DNA from: an uncultured Armatimonadetes bacterium
GTDB lineage: Bacteria > Armatimonadota > Hebobacteria > Hebobacterales > Hebobacteraceae
Length of the DNA: 64,000 nucleotides
Reading direction: 5' to 3'
Assembly: GCA_963716175.1 (NCBI GenBank)
Contig: OY970296.1
Location: 3,808,001-3,872,000 of the forward strand
Shown here one piece after another: positions 48,654-58,333 of this stretch. Positions within the stretch are counted from its first letter, which is position 1. Each line of letters begins with the position of its first letter. The notes below the pieces were generated by a model that saw nothing but the letters and a program-made list of their open reading frames with translations, had not been told where the DNA came from and did no database searches. Both the position numbers and the translations under genes were made by a program.

Positions 48654-49910
48654 TTAGTGCACCGAACAGGAGATGCACGGGTCGTAGGCGCGGACCAACA
48701 TCTCCAGCCCCCGCTGGATCTCCTCTTTGGGCTGGCGCGCCTCCTGGGCGACATAGGCCTGCATGTCCCGGTCGAGGTTAGCGTAGTTCTGTGCCGTCGG
48801 GATGATGCAGTTGGCCCGCTTGCAGCGGCCGCGCTCGTCGTACTCGTAATCGTGAATGAGCAGGCCCCGGGGGGCCTCCACCACACCCACGCCCCGGCCC
48901 GGCCGCGGCCGCACCTCGATCTCCTCTTCCTGAAGCCCGGTGTTGAGGATCTCGGCACAGGCCGAGATGCTGTCCTCCAGGCAGTGCACCAGCTCCACCA
49001 CCTGGGCGGCGGTGTTCAGGAACGGGTTATGCACCGGAGGCTTGAGGCCCAGGGCCTCCATCGCCTTCTTCGCCTGGGGGCGAAGCTGCTGCCAGTTGTT
49101 GTTGAGGCGGGAGAGCGCTCCGACGCGATAGCTGTCCCGGTGCCACTTCGCGTGCTTGGCGGTCGAATGCGAGACCACGAACTCCTGCACCGCCTCGCGA
49201 TACCGGTCCGCGGGAACCGAGCCGCCATCGCTGGACACGATCTCTCCTCCCAGCCAGGCATACTGATCGGGCTGCCTCAGCGAGACATACTCCGTCTCCC
49301 GCTCCAGGTGCGGCACCTCGAGCTTCTGGCAGAGCTCGACCGTGGCCTCCAGATCCGCCCGCAGCGCCACCAGGCGCTCCCTCATCTTTTCCACTTCCGA
49401 GAGTTTGGGCACCGCGGTGAAGCCGCCAGGCACGGCCGAGATGGGATGACAGTGCCGCCCCAGCACCATCTCCCCGAGGTCGTACCCGGTCTTCTTCAGG
49501 CGAAAGGCGCGCAGCACCGTCTCCGGGCTCTGCTTGATCAGGGGCAGCACGCTCTGCAGTCGCAGGAAATCCGGGGCGGCCAGGAAGTAGACATGCAGGC
49601 CGTGGCTGGAGATCTGCTCCGCGTTCATGGTCAGCCGGCGCAGCAGCCGCGTCTGCGGCGTGATCTGGATGCCCAGCGCCGCCTCCGTCGTCTGCAGGGA
49701 GGCGTAGCAGTGGCTCACCGCGCAGATGCCGCAAATACGAGTGGCGAGATGGGCCACCTCCTCCCAGTCCCGGCCCCGGAGGAACCCCTCGAAGAAGCGG
49801 TTCGCCTCCACCACCTGGAACAGCGCCTGCTTTACCCGACCATCCTCGAGCGAGGCCAGGATATTGCCGTGGCCCTCTACACGGGTAACGTGGTCGACCC
49901 GAATCTCCAT
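48654..49910 (-). CDS. hydA: NiFe-hydrogenase large subunit, group 3b-like
   Basis: TRVEGHG, RICGIC, EAPRG, DPCISCSVH. Confidence 0.9.
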   Translation of the reverse strand: MEIRVDHVTRVEGHGNILASLEDGRVKQALFQVVEANRFFEGFLRGRDWEEVAHLATRICGICAVSHCYASLQTTEAALGIQITPQTRLLRRLTMNAEQISSHGLHVYFLAAPDFLRLQSVLPLIKQSPETVLRAFRLKKTGYDLGEMVLGRHCHPISAVPGGFTAVPKLSEVEKMRERLVALRADLEATVELCQKLEVPHLERETEYVSLRQPDQYAWLGGEIVSSDGGSVPADRYREAVQEFVVSHSTAKHAKWHRDSYRVGALSRLNNNWQQLRPQAKKAMEALGLKPPVHNPFLNTAAQVVELVHCLEDSISACAEILNTGLQEEEIEVRPRPGRGVGVVEAPRGLLIHDYEYDERGRCKRANCIIPTAQNYANLDRDMQAYVAQEARQPKEEIQRGLEMLVRAYDPCISCSVH

Positions 49911-50695
49911 GGTTCAGCCTTCCTGCCCTTCTCGCGAGCCTCCTCCGCCATCTTCTGCTCCGGAGAGGCCCGCAGAGAGTAGATCTGGAACATGCCCAGG
50001 ATGTCCTCCAGCCTCAGCCCATGCTCCTGGAGCACATCGTGCGCCGCCCGCAGGTTCACCTGGTCCATCAGCCCCCGACAGCCGAAGCAGCGGTGCCCCT
50101 TGCTGACGCAGATCGCGTTGCAGCCACCCCGGGTCACCGGCCCCAGACACATCTGCCCGCGATCGTAGACGCACTCGTACTGATTCAGCTTGCACTCGTA
50201 GCAGACGGCTTCACTCGGCTGGCGATAGGGGCGGCCCAGCAGCACGTGCTCCATCACCGCCACGAACTCGCTGGCATTGATCGGGCAGCCGTGGATGCTG
50301 AGGTCCACCGGCACTTCCGCGCTCAGCGGCCTCACCTCCCCGGCCTCGAACTGCGACCCGGCCTGGCCGTAGACCAGGTTGAGCAGCTCCCCGCGGTCGA
50401 AGGTGTTGCCGAGCCCTTGCACTCCACCCAACGTGGCGCAGGCACCCAGCGCCACCAGCACTTTGGCCTTCTCCCGAATACTCTTCAGCCGCGCCACGTC
50501 CGAGTCGCGGGTGATGCTGCCCTCCACCACCGCAATGTCGAACTGGTCGCTCTTCTCCGAGATCGCCTCCCGCCAGGTCACCACCTCCACGTGTTCCAGG
50601 AGCTGCAGCAGGGGCTCGCCGATGCTGAGCACCGTGAGCTGGCAGCCCTCGCAGCACGCGAAGTCGAAGAACGCTACTCGCGGTTTGTCACTCAC
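49877..50695 (-). CDS. hydD: NiFe-hydrogenase small (delta) subunit
   Basis: CCEGC, GACA, GCP, CLGPVT, CFGCRG. Confidence 0.88.
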   Translation of the reverse strand: MSDKPRVAFFDFACCEGCQLTVLSIGEPLLQLLEHVEVVTWREAISEKSDQFDIAVVEGSITRDSDVARLKSIREKAKVLVALGACATLGGVQGLGNTFDRGELLNLVYGQAGSQFEAGEVRPLSAEVPVDLSIHGCPINASEFVAVMEHVLLGRPYRQPSEAVCYECKLNQYECVYDRGQMCLGPVTRGGCNAICVSKGHRCFGCRGLMDQVNLRAAHDVLQEHGLRLEDILGMFQIYSLRASPEQKMAEEAREKGRKAEPWRFGSTTLPV

Positions 50696-50765
50696 GCCTA
50701 TCCCTCTCCGTACCCGTTGGGCAGGGGCTCGCCCCTGCCAATGCGCGATCTGCGGATCACGCGGT

Positions 50766-51623
50766 CTATATGCTCTCGTGCATCTGCCTGGCTTCTTCTG
50801 CGGTGAAGACCGGCCCATCAATGCAGACGCAGCGGTTGTCTATCTGGCAGTGCCCGCACTTGCCCATCCCGCACTTCATTCGCCGCTCCAGGGACAAGAA
50901 GATCTGGCTCGCGGGGACGCGCAGCGCGTTCAGCTCGGCCAGCACGAACCGGTACATCACCGGGGGGCCGCACAGCGAGGCGGCCACCGACTTCGGGTTC
51001 ACTTTGATCTTCGGGAAAAGCGTGGTCACCACTCCCACGTGACCGGTCCAGCCAGGGGCCTCCCGGTCCACGGCGAGCAGGATCTCGTTCCTCTCCCCTG
51101 CCTTCCAGCTCTCGATCTCGTCGGTGAACAGGATCTCGCCCGGCGTCTTCGACCCATAGAGCAAGATCAACCGCCCGTACCGCTGCCGATCGGCCAGGAT
51201 GCTCTGGATCACCGACCGCACCGGGGCCATGCCGATGCCGCCGGCCACGATCAGGCAATCCATCTTCTCCATGCAAGACATGGGGAAGCCGTTCCCGAAG
51301 GGACCTCGGATGCCGATGCTATCCCCCTCCTTCATCCGGTGCAAGGCGCTGGTGAGCCCACCCATGCTCCGCACGCACAGCTCGAACCGGCCTCGCTTGC
51401 TGGGAGCGGAGGAAACCGAGATCGGCGCTTCCCCGAAGCCGAAGACGCTCACCTGTACGAACTGTCCTGGCTGGTGGCCCAGCTCTCGCCGGCCAGCAAG
51501 CTCCACCTCGAACAACTTCTCCAGCTCGGTGAGCTGCTGCACCCGCCTGATCTTGGCCGGCTGGGGAGCGTAGAGCTGCTCGCCGCCGCGCTCCGGTGAA
51601 GATCGCACCATCGATGCGGTCAA
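50766..51623 (-). CDS. hydG: Hydrogenase gamma subunit (FAD/NAD(P)-binding, 2Fe-2S)
   Basis: PGQF, RGPFGNGF, GGIGMAP, MKCGMGKCGHC; start may be 51611. Confidence 0.88.
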   Translation of the reverse strand: MTASMVRSSPERGGEQLYAPQPAKIRRVQQLTELEKLFEVELAGRRELGHQPGQFVQVSVFGFGEAPISVSSAPSKRGRFELCVRSMGGLTSALHRMKEGDSIGIRGPFGNGFPMSCMEKMDCLIVAGGIGMAPVRSVIQSILADRQRYGRLILLYGSKTPGEILFTDEIESWKAGERNEILLAVDREAPGWTGHVGVVTTLFPKIKVNPKSVAASLCGPPVMYRFVLAELNALRVPASQIFLSLERRMKCGMGKCGHCQIDNRCVCIDGPVFTAEEARQMHESI

Positions 51624-52663
51624 GCTACCCTCTCCTTTGCTTCCGCGATGATCGAGTTGATCACATCCACCAGGCTGATGCCGGCGGTGCACTGCTGCGA
51701 GCACCGCCCGCATCCCACGCAAAACGCCTGCCCGTGCTCCCGGTTGAGGTAGACGAACTTGCGGAACCAGCGATGGCGCGCCCGGTCCGGCCGCTCCCCG
51801 CGGAAGTTGTGGCCGCCGGCCACGATCGCGAAGTCCGCAAACTGGCAGGAGTCATACTGCCGCCAGCGCGAGGCGGATTGCAGCGAGAGATCGGCGATCT
51901 CCCTCACGTCGAAGCAGAAGCAGGTGGGGCAGACATTGGTGCAGGTGCCGCAGCCATAGCAGCGGTCCGCCGTCTTCTCCCACACCTCGCTGTCATACCG
52001 CCGCTCCAGCAGGTCGGGAAGCTCCGGCACCTCGGCCTGCAGGCGCAGGGTGGTGCGGCGCACCTTCTTCTGCCCGAAGCCCTCCGCCTCATCCACCTCC
52101 TCCGCGGTGGGCGCTCGCACCTTCGCCTTCGCCGCCAGCGCCGCGCCCTTGTCGGTCAGCGTCTCCACCACATACCCGCCCTTGACCGGGGTCAGGAAGA
52201 GATCGGCCCCTTCCCGCGTGGAGCAACTCCCCACCGAGGAGCAGAAGCAGTACTTGTCTGGCATGCAGTCCACCACCACCAGGGTGGCCGCCCCGCGCCG
52301 CGCCCGGTAGTAGGGGTCCTCCACGTTGTGCCTCTGCAGCATCGCCCAGTCGAGTTGGTTGATCGCCATCAGGTCACAGGGATGGACTCCGAACAGCGCG
52401 AAGGGCTGGTCAGCGACCGTCGGAGAGGCCGCGAGAGGAGATCGCGAGACCGTGAGCAGAGGCTCCTGGGAGGGCAGAAACGCCTGCTTCGGGGACAGCA
52501 CGGTGCGCACGTAGTCCAGGCGCACATCCGCCGCCTGCTCGATCCAATCGAAGGCGAAAGAGACCCGGCCGCGCTTGACCGGCGCCATCAGGGGCCCTGT
52601 GGCGCGCATGCCCTCCAGCCACGGCAACAGGTTTCCGGCGTCTAGAACCGCTTTCTCACTCAT
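51620..52663 (-). CDS. hydB: Hydrogenase beta subunit (4Fe-4S)
   Basis: PCD, CFC, CYGCGTCTNVCPTCFC, CVGCGRC. Confidence 0.88.
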   Translation of the reverse strand: MSEKAVLDAGNLLPWLEGMRATGPLMAPVKRGRVSFAFDWIEQAADVRLDYVRTVLSPKQAFLPSQEPLLTVSRSPLAASPTVADQPFALFGVHPCDLMAINQLDWAMLQRHNVEDPYYRARRGAATLVVVDCMPDKYCFCSSVGSCSTREGADLFLTPVKGGYVVETLTDKGAALAAKAKVRAPTAEEVDEAEGFGQKKVRRTTLRLQAEVPELPDLLERRYDSEVWEKTADRCYGCGTCTNVCPTCFCFDVREIADLSLQSASRWRQYDSCQFADFAIVAGGHNFRGERPDRARHRWFRKFVYLNREHGQAFCVGCGRCSQQCTAGISLVDVINSIIAEAKERVA

Positions 52664-52912
52664 CTATCCCGCTTCCTCGCACAGGTCATCTTGCCCCGGC
52701 TGGGCGTGCTGCACCTTCATTCGCCGACCACCGCGGGGCGCACCAACCGCCAGCACTCTCGCCCGATGCAGCCGGCGCGAGACGGGCAGGAGGCTTGCCC
52801 GCCTCTGGCGGGTCCGCTCCTGCCCCTTCCCGACCGCCCACCGAGCGGCGCCCACGGCGCCGCTTGCACCCGGTGCCGCGGCAGCCAACTGAGGCTGATG
52901 CCCCAGCGCCGA

Positions 52913-52930
52913 TTGTGCATTTCTTCACAA
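52913..52930. promoter_or_regulatory. Rex operator
   Basis: TTGTGCATTTCTTCACAA, one mismatch to TTGTGAA-N4-TTCACAA, upstream of the hydrogenase operon. Confidence 0.7.
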
Positions 52931-52957
52931 CCGCCCGAACGCCTTCTTCTCCTCTTG

Positions 52958-54163
52958 CTAGTCCTGATTTTTCTCCAGCAGTTTCTCCGCCACCAGCTTG
53001 CCCAGCGCGAAGCAGCGTGCCAGCGCCTCGCCATCCGGCACGTACACCACCTTCACCCCCTCCGCCACCACCTCCACCTTCATCTCACGCAGCGCCGCCT
53101 CGAGCTGCCCCACCGCCTCTCCGCTCCAGCCATGAGAGCCGAAGGCGGCGCCGACCAGATTCCTCGGTTTCAGCCCCTTGAGGTAGGTAAGGACATCGGC
53201 GACCGTGGGGAAGATGGTGTTGTTCAGGGTGGGCGAACCCACCACCAGCGCGCCCGCCTCCAGCAGCTCGGCCGCCGCGTCGCTGCGGTGACAGGCGCGC
53301 AAGGGCATCAGCCTCGGGATTGCCCCTCCCGCGGCCAGCCCTTCTCCCACCGCCCGCGCCATCATCGCCGTGCTCTGCCACATGGTGTCGTACAGCACCA
53401 CGGCCTTGCGCGTCTTCCTGCCTGTCGCCCAGGCCGAATATAGCTCCACGATCCGGGGCCAATGCGCTCGCCAGATGGGCCCATGGCTGGGCGCGATCAG
53501 CTTGATCTCGCCCAGTTTCCCGGCCTTCTCGATCGCCTTCGGCACCAGCGCCGAGAGCGGCAGCAGGATGTTGGCGTAGTACCTGGCGGCCTCGTATTCC
53601 AGCAGCGGCTGCTCCAGCTCATCGTCGAAGCGCTGGCTGGTGGCGAGGTGCATCCCGAAGGCATCGTTGGAAAGCAGCACCCCCTCCTCCGCCAGATAGG
53701 TGGCCATGCTGTCGGGCCAGTGGAGCATCCGCATCTCGGCGAAGCTCAGCGTCAGGTTGCCCAGGCTGAGGCTCTCCCCATCTTTGACCGCAGTGATCTC
53801 CCGGTCCAGGTGGAGGTGGTCGTGGAGAGCCTTCACTCCAAGCGCCGACGCCAATACCCGCTCAGGCCCAAGCGCCGCGATCGCCTCTGGCAGCGCGCCT
53901 GAATGATCCATCTCGGCGTGGTTGGAGATGATGTACGCGACCTTCGCCGGGTCCACCACCGAGGCGATGCGGGCCAGCATCTCGCCGCAGAAACCGGCCT
54001 TGACCGTGTCCACCAGCGCGATCTTATCGCCCACGACCAGGTAGGCATTATAGGTGGTGCCGCGGGGGGTGGCGTAGCCGTGGAAATCGCGCATTCCCCA
54101 GTCCAGAGCGCCGACCCACCAGACGTGGTCTGTGATCTTCACCGCCCGGAAGGAATCAGCCAT
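52958..54163 (-). CDS. fprA: Flavodiiron protein (FprA family)
   Basis: GTTYNAY, NHAEMDHSG, HWPDSM, SNDAFG, flavodoxin domain. Confidence 0.9.
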   Translation of the reverse strand: MADSFRAVKITDHVWWVGALDWGMRDFHGYATPRGTTYNAYLVVGDKIALVDTVKAGFCGEMLARIASVVDPAKVAYIISNHAEMDHSGALPEAIAALGPERVLASALGVKALHDHLHLDREITAVKDGESLSLGNLTLSFAEMRMLHWPDSMATYLAEEGVLLSNDAFGMHLATSQRFDDELEQPLLEYEAARYYANILLPLSALVPKAIEKAGKLGEIKLIAPSHGPIWRAHWPRIVELYSAWATGRKTRKAVVLYDTMWQSTAMMARAVGEGLAAGGAIPRLMPLRACHRSDAAAELLEAGALVVGSPTLNNTIFPTVADVLTYLKGLKPRNLVGAAFGSHGWSGEAVGQLEAALREMKVEVVAEGVKVVYVPDGEALARCFALGKLVAEKLLEKNQD

Positions 54164-54175
54164 TCCGGCCCCTCC

Positions 54176-54670
54176 TCAGCCCTCCAGCTCGGCCAGCATC
54201 TCGCCCAGGGTGCCGAGATGGCCCATCTCCTCCGTGATGATCTGGTCAAGGCGGCCTTTGCCAAGCCGCGCGGGCACCAGCTCCTTGAGCCCGAGGTAGA
54301 AGACGATGGAATCCTTCTCCGCCTGCACCCCGATCTCGAATACCTCCTCCATGCTCTCGTGCCCGGTCAGGTTCCTCATCGGGTCCGAGCCCATATCGAA
54401 GACATGGCGACTGGCCATCGCCTTCAGGTAGAGCGCGGACTCGCTGTCCGGGTCGAAGGTCACCGGTTTCCGTTCCGCCTCGGACAGCCCGGCCCGCATC
54501 CCCATGAACACCTGCTCGTGCTCCTCCTCCATCGCCGCCAGCCTCATCAGCAGCTCGCGGCCTTCCCCGGCCGGGGCCTTCTTGGCCGCCCGCCGGTAGA
54601 AGGTGGCCCCGTTGCGTTCGATCTCCTCCGCCACCTGGAGGACTTCGTCGGCGTTGAACTGGATACTCAT
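54176..54670 (-). CDS. Rubrerythrin/ferritin-like diiron protein
   Basis: AEEIERNGATFY, EEEH, EKDSIVFY, EEMGH. Confidence 0.85.
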   Translation of the reverse strand: MSIQFNADEVLQVAEEIERNGATFYRRAAKKAPAGEGRELLMRLAAMEEEHEQVFMGMRAGLSEAERKPVTFDPDSESALYLKAMASRHVFDMGSDPMRNLTGHESMEEVFEIGVQAEKDSIVFYLGLKELVPARLGKGRLDQIITEEMGHLGTLGEMLAELEG

Positions 54671-54706
54671 ATCGGCCTCCGATGCGACAGGTGCCAGCCG
54701 GCCGCG

Positions 54707-55195
54707 CTACTGCCGCTGCCCCAGCTCGCGGTCCAGCAGGAGCAGGCCCTGCGGCGAGTCGCCGATCCGCTTCAGCTTCTGCACCACCTCATCGGCGCTC
54801 TTCTCCTCCTCCACCTGCTCGGTCACGAACCACTGCAGGAAGATGCCCGCGGCGACGTCGTTCTCGCTCGCCGCGACCTTCACCAGATTCGCGATCAGAC
54901 CGGTGACCTTCTGCTCGTGCTTGTAGGCGTCCTCGAAAGCCGCCAGGGGCGACTTCCACTCCAGGGGCGGAGCTTCCAATGCCCGCAGCGCCACTCGCCC
55001 CCGCCGGTCGTTGATGTGCTCGTAGAACTTCATGCCATGGGCCATCTCCTCCCGTCCCTGCACCTTCATCCAGTGGCCGAAGCCCGGCAGGTTGGAGGCC
55101 TCGAAGTAGGCCGCCATCGCCAGATAGAGATAGGAGGAATACAGCTCCGCGTTCAACTGCGCGTTCAGCGCCTCTTGCATCTTCTCGCTCAGCAT
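54707..55195 (-). CDS. Ferritin (non-heme)
   Basis: [28 protein letters not shown]. Confidence 0.92.
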   Translation of the reverse strand: MLSEKMQEALNAQLNAELYSSYLYLAMAAYFEASNLPGFGHWMKVQGREEMAHGMKFYEHINDRRGRVALRALEAPPLEWKSPLAAFEDAYKHEQKVTGLIANLVKVAASENDVAAGIFLQWFVTEQVEEEKSADEVVQKLKRIGDSPQGLLLLDRELGQRQ

Positions 55196-55465
55196 CGCCG
55201 ATAGTCTCCTTGCGCTTCCTTGATGGCGCGGGCTGGCACAGCTTCACCCCCCTCTGGCGGGTATGCCAACCCCACAGCCCGATTGTTCGGGACTGTTTCC
55301 CCGCCGCCTCCCTGCGCCAACCCTCCAGGGGCGGGGCTCTGTTCATCTCTCCGCACACACACTTCAGGCAAGAGCTAGTAGTATCTGCTCGGTCTGGCCA
55401 TTCGGTCGGCCGCCGGATGGCCGGGCTCTTGCTGGCATCTCACACCATCGCACCGGGAGGCGCAT

Positions 55466-55861
55466 ATGGCGAAGACCACCGTGGTCTGGCGCAGTGGCAT
55501 GCACTTCTGCACATCCACCCCCTCGGGGCAGCTGATGTGCGACGAGTCCTCTGAGATCGGAGCCGCCTACCCTTCCGCCCCGGAGCTGCTGATGGCGTCC
55601 CTGGGCTCCTGCATCGGTTCGGTCCTGGTCTACTTCTCGGAGCGGCATGGCATCTCGCTGGAGGGAATGAGCATTGACCTGGACTGGCGCATCTTGGAAC
55701 ACCCGCATCGCATCGGCAACATCGAGATCTCGGTCTCGATCCCGCGGGCGCTCTCCGGAGACGAGAAGCGAGTGCTGGCGCGGGTGGCGGAGGAATGCTT
55801 GATCCACAACACTCTCACGCATCCGCCCGCGATCCGCCTCAGCCTCTCTGGCAAGAAGTAG
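55466..55861 (+). CDS. OsmC/YhfA family protein
   Basis: PELLMASLGSC and CLIHNTL two-Cys motif. Confidence 0.85.
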   Translation: MAKTTVVWRSGMHFCTSTPSGQLMCDESSEIGAAYPSAPELLMASLGSCIGSVLVYFSERHGISLEGMSIDLDWRILEHPHRIGNIEISVSIPRALSGDEKRVLARVAEECLIHNTLTHPPAIRLSLSGKK

Positions 55862-56002
55862 CCCTTCTCCGTCGGCCCACCTCCGGCCCTGGCAGGACGC
55901 CTTGCCGCATCCCCCGAATCCTGCCACCCGGCCGGCAGGCTGGCCTGCCGCCGACTCGTGCTACCTAGCGATGCTACTTCGCAGAGTAGGAGAGGAGCGA
56001 CC

Positions 56003-56929
56003 ATGGCCAATGAGACGGTCTTCACCCGTTACCCCGGCAACCCCATTATCACTCCGGGCCAGGTGCCCGGGGCCAACACTATCTTCAACAGCGCGGTGAT
56101 CGAGTTCGGCGGCGCCTACATCGGTGTGTTCCGCATTGACGGCACCGACGTCGTCTCCCGCCTCCACCTGGGCCGCAGCCAGGATGGGCTCAAATGGGAC
56201 ATTGACCCCACGCCCCTCCAGATCCCCTGGGATGACCCCGACGGGGAGCCCCAGGGCGCGGGTTACGATCCCCGCATCACCCGGGTAGAAGATACCTATT
56301 ACGTCACCTGGTGCAACGACAACTACGGACCGACCATCGGTATCGCCGAGACCAGGGATTTCAAGTCCTTCCGCTTCATCGAGAACGCCTTCCCCCCGTA
56401 CAATCGCAACGGCGTCCTGTTCCCGCGCAAGATCGGCGGTCATTACGCCATGCTCCATCGCCCCAGCGATCGCGGCCACACCCCCTTCGGTGATATCTTC
56501 TACTGCACCAGCCCGGATCTGGTCTACTGGGGGAAGCACCGCTTTGTCTTCGGCCCCCGCGGCGGTTGGCAGTCCCTGAAGGTGGGCGCTGGCCCGGTCC
56601 CCATCGAGACCAGGGAAGGCTGGCTCATGATCTACCACGGCACGCGGCTGACCTGCAGCGGTTACGTCTACAGCGCCGGCGCCGCCCTCTTGGACCTGGA
56701 GAAGCCCTGGAAAGTCCGCTACCGCACTCGCCGCTACCTGCTGGCGCCCACCGAACTCTACGAGCGCGTCGGCGATGTGCCCAATGTCACCTTCCCCGTG
56801 GCCACCATCCTCGATCGCCAGACCGGCCGGCTCACCATGTACTATGGCTGTGCCGACACCTGCGTGGGCGTCGCCTACGCCCAGCTCAGCGACGTGATCG
56901 AGTTCACCAAGCAGCACAGCTTCCAGTAG
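56003..56929 (+). CDS. GH130 mannoside phosphorylase
   Basis: IFNSAV, YDPRIT, NRNGVLFPRKI, GDVPNVTFP, YYGCADT. Confidence 0.9.
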   Translation: MANETVFTRYPGNPIITPGQVPGANTIFNSAVIEFGGAYIGVFRIDGTDVVSRLHLGRSQDGLKWDIDPTPLQIPWDDPDGEPQGAGYDPRITRVEDTYYVTWCNDNYGPTIGIAETRDFKSFRFIENAFPPYNRNGVLFPRKIGGHYAMLHRPSDRGHTPFGDIFYCTSPDLVYWGKHRFVFGPRGGWQSLKVGAGPVPIETREGWLMIYHGTRLTCSGYVYSAGAALLDLEKPWKVRYRTRRYLLAPTELYERVGDVPNVTFPVATILDRQTGRLTMYYGCADTCVGVAYAQLSDVIEFTKQHSFQ

Positions 56930-57007
56930 CACGGGCCTGCCCGCCGCGAGGGGAAAGCCTTCCGGTGACCTACTGCTCTTCCCCATCCCCCGACAGGAGA
57001 ACCGGCG

Positions 57008-57427
57008 ATGGCTGATGGCGTGGATGTCATGACAGTGGATGACTACCCGCAGGTGGCGGCCCTGTGGGAGGAAGTCGAGATGTGGCCCCATGTGGGAGAG
57101 GATCGCGCCTGGTTCGAGCGGGCCTTGGCGCGGAACCCGCAATGCTGCCTGGTCTGGCGAGAAGGCGGCCGGGTGGTTGGCACTGTCATCGGCGCCTGGG
57201 ATGGCTTGCGGGGCTGGATCTATCACCTCGCGGTGACCGAGGCCTGCCGCGGTCGGGGCCTCGGCAGCGCCCTGCTGGCTGCCGCCGAGGCGCGCCTGAA
57301 AGAGGCGGGCGTGAAGCAGATAAACCTCATGGTATACGAGGACAACAGGCAGGGCGAGGCCTTCTACCTGCGCCGCGGCTACGAGCACTCCCCGGTGAAG
57401 GTGGTGAGAAAGCGGTTCGGCTCCTGA
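57008..57427 (+). CDS. GNAT acetyltransferase
   Basis: IYHLAV, RGRGLG, FYLRRGY. Confidence 0.85.
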   Translation: MADGVDVMTVDDYPQVAALWEEVEMWPHVGEDRAWFERALARNPQCCLVWREGGRVVGTVIGAWDGLRGWIYHLAVTEACRGRGLGSALLAAAEARLKEAGVKQINLMVYEDNRQGEAFYLRRGYEHSPVKVVRKRFGS

Positions 57428-57511
57428 CCGCGCGCCACAGCGACGGGAGCAGGGACAGGGCTCCGAGCTCAGGAATGTGAGATCTGAGATTCGGGATCGC
57501 AGGTTCGAGAC

Positions 57512-58261
57512 ATGAGGTTCGCCGCTGTTCTCTTCGATCTGGGATACACCTTGCTCGACTACGGCCCGCCGGGGCGATGGTCGGAGTTCCGCACTCAGCG
57601 GATGGAGCAGCTCCACCCGCTGGCGGTGGAGCTATGGGGGGAGATCGAGCTCTCGGCCCAGGAGTTCGGGCAAAGGGTGGGATCAGCGCTCCAGACCGAT
57701 GAGATGCGGGCGCTGGAGCACGGCGGCCTATCACTGCCTTTCGCGGAGAGAATGCGAGCCGCGCTGGCCGGCATCGGCCTTGCCCCCGGCCAAGAGCAAC
57801 TCGGGCGCTTCCTGGAGGCCTTCCATCAGCCCATACGTGATTGGCCCCGGCCCTACCCCGACACAGAGCAGTCCCTGGCTGAGCTGCACTCCCTCGGCCT
57901 CAGCCTGGCCATCATCACCAATGCCCCCTGGGACGCGCCGGGGCCTATGCTCTCCGCCGACCTGGAACGCTGGGGCCTCCGCGGCTTCTTCGCGGCCTTC
58001 ATTGGGTCGGGCGAGGTGCCCTGGCGAAAGCCCAACCCCGAGTTCATGTGGGCCGCGGCGAAGGCGCTTGCTGTCCCTCCGCCGCGGTGCCTGGTGGTGG
58101 GAGACAACCCGAGCGCGGACATTGCGGGAGCCCGCGCCGCCGGCATGTGCTGCATCTGGATGAACCGCGATGGCCAGGTCTTCCCGCCGGAGGCACCGCG
58201 GCCAGACTGGGTGGCGCAGTCCTTGCGCCAGGTGGTCGAGGTGGTGAGGTCCGCAGGTTGA
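57512..58261 (+). CDS. HAD-superfamily hydrolase
   Basis: FDLGYTL, ITNA, KPNP, VGDNPSADIAGA. Confidence 0.85.
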   Translation: MRFAAVLFDLGYTLLDYGPPGRWSEFRTQRMEQLHPLAVELWGEIELSAQEFGQRVGSALQTDEMRALEHGGLSLPFAERMRAALAGIGLAPGQEQLGRFLEAFHQPIRDWPRPYPDTEQSLAELHSLGLSLAIITNAPWDAPGPMLSADLERWGLRGFFAAFIGSGEVPWRKPNPEFMWAAAKALAVPPPRCLVVGDNPSADIAGARAAGMCCIWMNRDGQVFPPEAPRPDWVAQSLRQVVEVVRSAG

Positions 58262-58333
58262 CCGGCCGGGTGGCCTCTTGCGTCCCGCGAGTGGGTTCGC
58301 TATCATGGGGTTGAGGGGAGAACGCGAGCAGAG

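Noticed and set aside
48654-50695. NiFeSe hydrogenase or selenocysteine recoding
   Set aside because: All ligand positions are Cys codons and there is no in-frame TGA
52686-52928. Small Cys/Arg-rich ORF before hydB
   Set aside because: Low-complexity product whose start lies inside the Rex box; better read as regulatory DNA
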